NCBI GenBank assembly: GCA_051294905.1
Contig: CM119372.1
Span: forward strand, 11,286,001 to 11,346,000
Length of the DNA: 60,000 nucleotides
Direction: 5' to 3'
Source of the DNA: Botryllus schlosseri
Taxonomy: Eukaryota
Below are positions 50,701 through 60,000 of the stretch, piece after piece. A model generated the notes under the pieces. The model searched no databases, was not told the DNA's origin, and saw only the letters and a program-made list of their open reading frames with translations. A program made the translations under genes and the position numbers. Each line of letters opens with the position of its first letter. Position 1 is the first letter of the stretch.

Positions 50701-53700
50701 CATCTTGCACAAGTAGAGCCTTTCCTTAGATAGTAACAACTTTTTGGCACTTAACTAATTTCTCACTTTGAATTTCTCATTATGACATTTCACTGAATTT
50801 GAATCTAAGCAATCATCAAATGCGCACAAAATGGGTGTTGCTTTGCCCTTGTCCTTTCATAACACAGCTCTACTCTTTCTCTGACTGATGTGCTTCAGTT
50901 ACGTTGTTCTGCATTCACGCATCTGCCAAGGCCCCGCTTTGTTTCCAGACATTTGTCGGAGGAATCGGGAGATTTGGTAAGAGTCACAACAGGGGACTGA
51001 GAGTCACCGGTAGCCTAGAAAATAACATAATTTAGTTCAGCAAAAGCATGGAAGAAACTAAAATCGGCCTTAACTTAGGCTGAAAGCTGATCATCTCATT
51101 TAATTTTTTGATTGCACTCCAAGACTGTTAGACTGAAACCGCATACTTCTTAAGTATTTTCTGGTGATTCGACTTGACTCGAGTTATTTTCTCAAAATAC
51201 GGAAATGACTTGAGTCAATCCGTGTTTTGACTCGACTTGGACTCGAGTCATGAACCAAGTCATATGACTCGAGACTCAGATGCCCAAGACCGACATTTCG
51301 TTACAATTTCGAAGAATAGTTAAGTAACCACACTATAGGGATTTCGTCTATTGGTACTGGTGCTTAAAATGCAACCAGCAACTGCTAAAAGTGAGGAAAA
51401 TTAGTAGGCCTATATTATAAATGCGAACCATTGATATCACTAAACAGAGTTATATAAAGGGGGTTTAACAAGATTTTAACTGGAAACTGAGCAGTCAACA
51501 CAATGACCTGGACTCGGAATCGAGTCATAATACCATGACTTCTGACTTGGACTTGACCCGGTGGTGAATTGAAAATGACTCGGCTTGACTCGAGTCAAAA
51601 CTATAAAAGTGAGATTGACTTGTGACTCGGAGCCTTGTGACTGTTAGACTGTGAATATTGGTATATTTGTTATATCTTAGAGGCGTTGCACTGTTGCTAG
51701 TTTATTTCATATTCAAACATAGCAATGGCTGTAAAGTTGTGAAAGTATATGATCTGAAGTATTGGAAATGCGCCTCGAGATGGATGCCATACCTTTTGAA
51801 TTTGGTTATCGGTTTTATCGATATTGGCTAAAAATCCGATGATTGGTTGCACTCTAATTTTAATATACCAATCAAGTGAGGTAAGTGTATGATAGCAAGT
51901 ATCTGTTTTATAGAGATTCCTATACGCTGTCCGGAGCTCATCCCCGATACATTTTCACCTCACATGGAACATAGTTGTACTGATGATGATTTTGAGGATT
52001 CGGTGTGTTCATTTGCTTGTGGAGGCGGCTCTCGGTTAAATGGCAGTATTGCGTCCACATGTGTCAGGCGAGGCAGTGCAAGTGTAGGAGTGTGGAATCC
52101 TAAGATACCATCGTGTATTTGTAAGTATATATATATATTAAAACTGACAAAGTGAATAATGGTCTCGTCAAACATGCGTCACGATAAAATGCCACAATAA
52201 CTTTTATACAATTAGTTGTTTTTGACAAAGCCAAATTTTGAAATTCTACTCTGAAAATATTGTGAAGCATAACACCATTTACTACTTACTCTTGTGCAGC
52301 TCAGTTGTGAAGATCGTTACTTCGAATCCTGGTAGGGTGACTTTTCTGCGATGATGAATATTTACCCCTGTAGCGTCAGTGTCTACTTTGACGACACCTG
52401 CATGGCATTTTTGCTAGTTGTGCGGTCAGTAAAAAAGTATTTCCACTTTTTCAGAGTACTTAAGTAGCCTAGGCTTACCCCACTTGTACTATTTACTCAA
52501 GTGGTTATGTTTTTGACGACTTTGGGTGATGTTTGCATCACTTTTGTAAGTGAAATTGTCATAACATCTGAGCCAAATATCCCCCCCCCCCCCGGTAGCT
52601 GAAGATATTAAGTAGTGATGTAATTATTGAGGCGATTTTTTTACCTAAAAATCGGAAGGTTGCGCACTCAAAATAGAAATGATGACGTTAAAAAACTTAA
52701 TTTGGACAAAATTTTGCTCTCATGTATGTTAATTCGGCGTTTTCGTACATAAATGTAATACAACAAAAGATACTTTCCTGCATTCTCGGGTAGAAAGTGT
52801 CTTTCCTTACCAAGTAGCTTGCCAAGAAAAGCAAAAGACTGTTCAAGAGCAACATTTGTTGGCTGACAACACTGAAGTTGACACACTGTGTTGCCTCGTT
52901 CTGACAATGTTGTTACATCACAATTTTTCATCATGTGCTTCTTGATATAAGAACCAATGCTTATGCCCAGGAAGTCTTGCTGCAGTTAGGATATTGCGGT
53001 ACGTTGAGCATAACACCATGTCAAGCTATTCGTTTTATTTGACCGTTTATGAGCAGACAATGGGCCTTCTACAACGGTAGGTCTATAAAGTAGGCTACAA
53101 GCTGTAAAATGTCAAATAATAAGTTCACCGACAGTGCAAACATCTACGATGACCAACGAAATGCAGGTTGCAAAAAATTTTTGACTTTGTAAACAATTTT
53201 CACAAATTTTTGACCTAACCCTACCATTTTGACCTCTTCTGCAATGTCAAAAAAAATCTCCCGAGTAATTAGCCATCACAAGTCAGTCACAAAGATACAT
53301 CTTGCAATATTTTGAAAGTACCTTCTTCCAATTAACTGGCAAAAGTATGAGACCCCTCGATCAAATCTACTTTTTGAAACTACTTGAGCGATGAGCACTT
53401 TTCAGAATTTTGTATCCTACTTCTACTTGATGTAGTTTTGACATGTATTGGAAATGGCTAGTTCTATTTGTAATTGCACAGAAATTTATGACGTTAATTA
53501 TGCTCGAGTGGCAACGCTGACTGCTCTGACCACCATTGGTTGTGTGTTATGTGCTGTACGATAATTTGCTTCCACAGCTCCATTTTGTGACATGGAAGTT
53601 GTCGAGAACGGCAATATAACCTGCAATAAATACACGCCCGGAGCAACGTGCACGATATCGTGTGAACCTGGGTATCAGCCGACTTCCTTTGCTGCCTTCG

Positions 53701-56700
53701 ATTGTAGCATCCATGGTCAGTGGGTGGGAGATATACCGGGATGTGTTCGTGAGTACAACACAAACGGCATTAATCCGGATGATAGTTACTCAACTTGCAA
53801 CCGTGTATTCAGCTTCGTCGTGTCAACCAGCACTTGAATCACTAGTTGGGATTACCGCGAGTTGCACCGATAAGAATTTGCCGGGATCCACTTGCAAAGC
53901 AGTCTGTCCGAGTTCATCCAGTAAATCTACATTCTCGTGTCCAAGTGCTACTGGCCCGCATCCTGGTTTTTGGACCGGAAATGTGATGGAGTGCTTTGGT
54001 ACGCATTTTCGCATTCACAAACTGATGTTGACTAGATTCGACCGGTGTTCCTTGTTGTCATTGACTCGATGGTGTGAAGAAAGTGTTTCTCCTGGCAGTA
54101 GAGATAGCTATTCTTATACGAAAGTCGTGTCTTTGGATATTTTCGGTAATATAAGTGAGTCTTGTGAAGAAGAGTAACCATTAACAAACGACAAACGTCC
54201 GATTGCAGGCTTCGGCTGAATTATTGTCTACACTGCAAATTTGTCATGTATATTTTCCTTGTGTATTCGTGTGATCTACCTATATCTATCTATCAGCATA
54301 CAGACTATGTGGCATTTATACGTCGGAAGCCTGTTTCCAAAGGTGGTTAGTGACGAAGTACTTCTATTTGGGAGTACTCAAGTAGATTTTCGCTAATTCT
54401 ACTGCTCCCTCAAGCGGTTATGGTCTTTGACTACTTTCACTTCTGGGCAGTTTTCAGAATTTTAGGCAAAACCAATCATAGAATAATTACTTTTTACTTA
54501 CTTGGAGTAGAAATTCATGATGTTACTTGTACTCGATTATAATAATTATATATATATATATCATAATAATTATAATTATCAATGATGACTACTTTGCCCA
54601 TATCTGTTTATTTTGCATTATTTCATTTGCCACAGGAATATGTACGGCGTTTATTTGCAGGGTGCGGCAAAGGCATCATGGATCTCTTGCTCATCATTGA
54701 TGGTTCGGAGAATCTATCGGAATACGAATTCAAGGAAGTCAACAAATGGCTCGGCGACTTGTTCGTCGAAATCGGAAGATTCTTCGATACTGGATCGGCA
54801 TGGATAAGCATTGTTATTACCGGTGGCGATCCGCTCAACTGCGACGCCGCGGTGTCTAAACGAGTAACCACGGTACGGTATTGACCAGAGGTGGTCAAAG
54901 TATTCGGCATTGCTACTCAAGTAGAACTAGAAATAATACTGTAAATTCTACTCAATTACAAGTAGAATCGGTTCCCAAACATGCCAAAACTGCTTCAAAT
55001 AGAAGTTGAATTACTCCAGTAAGTGATTCGCCAGTGGCTTTTTTTCGAATTCATAACTACCATCGCAGCTAACACATCACAACTAATAACAATGCTGACA
55101 GGTGCACTTTCTAGAAAATGTTATGCTCCCCATGATACAGGAGCTATTTTGTATGGTCGTCAAGGCAATTTTACTCGTAAAAGTGATGGAAACGTATCCA
55201 AAACTACTTTCTACTCCGCAAAATCAGAAGTGTACAAAAGTAAGTAGTTGTAGAAGTGGGAGTTGTCCAAAAGCATATAATTTACAGAACAACAAATATA
55301 GCAAGATATCATCCCTACACTAGGGCTCTATTCACCAGATCGATTAAATATACAAAGTATAACGATATGTCTAAGACGTGCATAGTTGTAGGGAAAGAAC
55401 GAACATTACTGTGAAACAAACAACATACTACATATTTTGTTTGTTGACGGTCAACTACTAACTGTTTTTTGAGTAGTTGTGTTTTAGTTATTTTTGGATT
55501 TTGAAAGGTGGTTAGTTCAGTTCTATTTGTAGTTGTGAGTATTAAGAATTGAGTAGTTCTCGTTGTGCATTTTGAAAATCCGTTAGTTTGTACAAGCCTG
55601 ACTACTGTAGTTGGAATGCACGTCTAAATAAAACGGTTTTGATTCAACGCTTGAAGTGAGTAGTGCAATTAGGCAAAGCCTTAATGAGTGTTCCGATATA
55701 TTAAAAGTAGCCTACTTCGTTACTAAGCACCTCTGGAGTTCATTGCTTTTCAGCCTTTTTTCATGTGACATAATTTTACGATACACTGCAGACGGCCGTA
55801 CCTTTGCGTCACATGTCTTCGGCTCTGTTGCGACGCAAGTTGCTCGCTCTGAGACCTGTTGGCGGATGCCTCCATTTGGCTTCCACTATGAGCCGCGTTG
55901 TTAACGATTTCGGATCGGGAATTCGCGACAATATTCCCACTTTGGTCATGGTAGTCGTTGGCGGGGATAGCGTGGATGATTACAGCAACACCGCAAGATT
56001 ACTCGCGTCTGGATACGGTGGTTTCTGTGCTTTTCGTGTTGTTGCTGTCAATAGATTCGATTTGGTGTTTAGGCCGGCCGCTGTATTTCATCGGGGTTGG
56101 AATTCATCTCAGAAGAAAGGCCGTGCTCTCGTACATAACTCCGCACGCGTATGCTGCGTCCGTGCGTCTGCTGTCATCGATTACGATGTCCGTTCTTAAC
56201 GCAATCATAAAGAGGACCTGTCCGAGTATGATATCTCTCTTTCTCTGTGTAGCCATGATCGCGTGATTAGTGGCACTCCAGATCAGATTAAAATTGACCT
56301 ACTTCAAATTAACTTGAGTCGACTTTGTCTCCAAATGCAGACCCAACAGAGTATTCAATATTGACAGATTCTAAAATTAGATCACGGATTACCACAGGGA
56401 TTCAACACCTTTCTTAGTGCAGACCAGACATGGGGTGATTACTTCGTGAATGTAATCAATTGCGATTAAGATTACTTCTGAATGACGCGATTACGATTAC
56501 GATTACAGCAAAATCAGGAAGTAGTCGATTACGATTACGATTACATTGGAAAAGTAATCACGATTACTCACGATTACATTTATTTTGCATCTTAGAAGTT
56601 ATATTATAAGACAATATATGGATTGCGCTGAAAAGACCTAATGAGATTACAACTTTCTTTAAAAAAGATGCGACATATTGCTTGTTACGTCATAAAGTAC

Positions 56701-59700
56701 CCATTGCCCATTTTATATTGGACGATCTATCGCACCCAACGATTTGCATTCTTGCCAGGTCCACAACTGCCGCACCCCAAATTTCCTAATAGGATGGGGA
56801 GCGAGCTCGAAGCAGACTCAAAAGTATTTCGTAAACCAACAAAAATTATAGACTATTTTCGAGAGATTTCATGAACTTGGAAATTGTCTACGAGCATCGC
56901 GATATAAATGACTCTAGATAGCTTGATTTTGAAATACATAGCCTACGTCTCCTCATCCAGTAAAAAAGCATGCATAATTTATAGGCATTTAGGTGCCCAC
57001 CAATACCGCGTCACGACACACCAAATGACATATGCAGTTTCGGCCAACATGCGAATCCACGAAGGGTGCTACTAATGAAGGACATTGGCCGAAACTTCGG
57101 GTATGTGTCCATTGACAATATCCGCGCTGCGTGGGCGTGACTAATAGTCCGGTCCTTCCAATCTGAGCCCACAATGCAAATGGCACCCGGGCACACAGAG
57201 CATTAAAGACATGGCAATTTGTGTGTGCGTCTCACGCAAGTATTTCTTTTATTCTGCTACGTTTTGGACACAACAATATCTTTTTATTATATAACAGACC
57301 GGAGGTCACGAATTAACAACATACCCTAATTGTAATTATTAGAAGATACCAGATGTTATAATTTAGGGCTACCATACGTCCTCCTTTAGGAGGAATTGTC
57401 CTCCTTTTTCGGGTTTTTGAAATGTCCTGCGAGGACCCTCAAATCTCTCTTTTTTTGAGATTTTGTCCTCATTTTTTAGAAGTTTAGTTAAAATTGAACC
57501 GAGATAAAATTGCTCTGAATTCACGCTCAGGCGGGTATTTCGGGAGCCGAGCGAAAGTTGACTTTTTGTTTTAGTCAACCGACTAGAAGTGGAAAAAATT
57601 TACCATTTTTTCAGGATTTTCCGCAGGTATTCTAAGTTTGAAAATTTTGAAGAAGTGTCCTCCTTTCTCGATTCCAAAATATGGTTGGTAACCCTATTAT
57701 AATTATGAATTACGTGCTCCCAGCTCTTCAGGTAAATCTGACAATCGGGGACTGAGAGAGGATTAAAAATGAATAGTAATATAATGCAATTACCAATATC
57801 ATTGACGAAATTAAATCTTCAACTTGAAAATTACTACCCTATGGGGCCCAATACCAACGTTTGGATTGGGGGACGATTTGCTGTTTTTGTCCTGATTTTA
57901 GCTACAAGCAACGCTAACATTGTATGTGGCGACAGGTCCAAATGTTGAGTAAAGAATTGTGAAATAACGATTGGCGCCCGTTTCAAGCAGAATCATATCA
58001 GAATAAGAGAAAGTGAATATAAAATTCTGCCTTCAACCTAATACAGATAATGTCATGCAAGCGGCCATTACGAGAAACGGCTCTGTTATGATATATATCA
58101 GCAGCTGTTGATTTTTAATGCTTCGTCGTGGAAACCCTAATGTTTTATTTGACGAGTAGGCTACAAAATTTCAAACCTTTGTCTGGTGTACGTTCGTACT
58201 ACATAGGCCTACTGCTCGCCAAGCAGCAACGGTCAAACTGCGTTTAACTAAGCATAAACAAACATCAATACAAAAGTTACTATTTTAAACTAGGCAAGGT
58301 GGTGATTAATTATCCTGCTGCGAGGTAGTGGCGTCTGGATTGTATTGATAACCTGATATACAGCACGGCAAGTGTTCTTACGATCACACTAATGTACATC
58401 GAATATTTATTCACTATGTGTGGATAGCTGGATACTTCTTACGCAATGACGAGCAAAGCTAACAGGCCACTTCTGACGTAATAATGAGCAGTGGCATTTA
58501 ATAATCTGACGTTTGTGCTATCACTATCTGGTATAATACCTCGTCCTTGTTCACGAATGTTCAGTTTCTGTTAGTTTCTGTCCTGTACAAATAAAAAGTA
58601 ATCGTTCTTTCACAAAGAAATCGATTAAATATGGGAAGTAGTCGATTACGATTACGATTACTTCTGAATTTTCTCGAATGTAATCGATTGCGATTACGAT
58701 TACTTGAAAATGCTGTAATCGTCGTAATCGATTACGATTACTAATCGCGATTACCCCATGTCTGGTGCAGACCCCTAGATTTTTTTGGTTGTTGCGTAAA
58801 ACCCATAGTGGCGACATATGGGAAGGTGATGATTAAAAAAGGTCTCTCTCGCCCAGTCCTAACAACGGCCTCACCGGCATCTGGTCTACATGATGCCTAA
58901 AAAGCGACCAGATGAGTATAATAAGCCATCTCTTTGGCCCAGCCCTTGTCACGGCCTGATTACCAATGGGAGTGCAAGTATATTGGTTCGTATTGTCCGT
59001 GTGACTATTATGACCTGTGGTGAGCAGTGAAAATTAGATAACATAAGGACATAAACTAACAGTTGTTATAAATAAGTTGTAATGTCGACCTTGGACCAGG
59101 GTTGTAATTGACTCAAGTCAAGTCTTGACTCGAATTGACTCGAGTCGTTTTCTTAAAATTCGGAAAATTGACTTGACTTGAATTGTGCTCGAGTCATATG
59201 ACATGAGATTTGGACAGCCAAGACAGGCCTTTCATTGTAGCTTAGAAAAATAGTGAAGTTACCACATTATTGGTATTTCATCTATCGGAAAAGGTACTTG
59301 AATAATAGGGTCAGAAACATTAATATTATGAATGTCAGGCATTCAATATCACCCAAGCAGAGTCGTACAAAGTGGGTTGAACCTGTCTTGAACTTGATAT
59401 TGAATGGTGAGCACTATGACTCGGTGATGAACTGAAAATGACTCGACTCGAGTCAAAACTATAAACGTAAGATTAACCTTTGACTTGGAACCTTTTGACT
59501 TGATTACAACCCTGCCTTTCATGGGCACGCTCAAGCGAGTTTGTGGACTTCCAAGGGTACATATATCCTAGGTTAAGAACCCCGGGATTAATGGAAATTG
59601 TCAAAAGTGCGAGCGGACCCGCACCTTGATATCTTTAAATATGATTCAGACTTGAAAAATCTCATCGTCCGCCTATCTCGTTCTCTTCAGGCATGTCAAT

Positions 59701-60000
59701 GTGTAGGAATCCGATCGCCGATGGCCAGTTGAGGTGTACTCAAATAGAAGGAAACAAGAAAGTATTTGACGAGATGTGCACCACTACTTGCGATGTAGGC
59801 ACCGTGCTAGTCGGGAACAAGACCAGCAGGTGCGGTGATACCGACATGGACGGAGTGATGGAATGGATAACTCCGAGCGCAACTTGCGCAGGTTTTACAC
59901 TCAGAACAACTAAATGCAACGACACGGATACTTTGAATTTGTATTCCAGTGATCCGCTGCGACGATCGTCGGGGATTCGAGAACGGCGCCGTCAAATGCA
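47708..60000 (+). CDS. Multi-sushi (CCP) plus vWA domain extracellular protein, partial
   Basis: CCP exons 47708-47899, 50518-50712, 51914-52120, 53578-53748, 53813-53998 (C..C..W....P.C pattern); vWA exons 54661-54872, 55792-56017, 56073-56225; further CCP exons 59691-59891 and 59950-end. First exon not identified. Confidence 0.8.
48147..50152. mobile_element. hAT-like non-autonomous element (outer)
   Basis: TIR cagaggtctcaaac / gtttgagacctctg; perfect TSD cgatacag. Confidence 0.9.
48753..50066. mobile_element. hAT-like non-autonomous element (nested)
   Basis: TIR caggggcgtatccag / ctggatacgccactg; perfect TSD gttggaac. Confidence 0.9.
54886..55735. mobile_element. CAGAGGTGG-family element with additional inserted sequence
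   Basis: cagaggtggtcaaagta ... gcacctctg. Confidence 0.6.
56425..58764. mobile_element. hAT-like non-autonomous element with (GATTAC)n subterminal arrays
   Basis: TIR cagacatggggt / accccatgtctg; perfect TSD gtgcagac. Confidence 0.9.
57364..57696. mobile_element. Nested MITE; relatives at about 35595-35890 and 46174-46510
   Basis: TIR tagggctacca / tggtaacccta; perfect TSD ttataatt. Confidence 0.85.
59097..59514. mobile_element. (GACTC/GAGTC)-rich MITE; related copy at about 51170-51640
   Basis: TIR cagggttgtaat / attacaaccctg; shared tgaaaatgactcg...gagtcaaaactataaa. Confidence 0.75.

Overview
Eukaryotic genomic DNA with GT-AG introns and dense non-autonomous DNA transposons, probably from an invertebrate chordate such as an ascidian (inferred from gene content, not proven). 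Genes in order: an intronless death-domain caspase-like gene whose catalytic QACRG motif reads QCSRG (331-1875 +); a multi-exon transmembrane semaphorin with Sema-PSI-Ig-TM and a long cytoplasmic tail (17595-37614 +); EFCAB10 (-); DDRGK1 (+); a small spliced death-domain-only gene the ORF track largely misses (about 44585-44932 -); and a sushi/CCP plus vWA gene running off the right end. The most structured region is 5.5-11.6 kb. It holds a 5'-truncated Penelope-like retroelement with 1060-bp inverted arms, a minimal hammerhead ribozyme in each arm, a 31-nt tail and a 13-bp target duplication. This element sits exactly at the end of a long-TIR foldback element, one arm of which carries a 438-bp hairpin. 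All coordinates and comparisons were read by eye; no searches were run.
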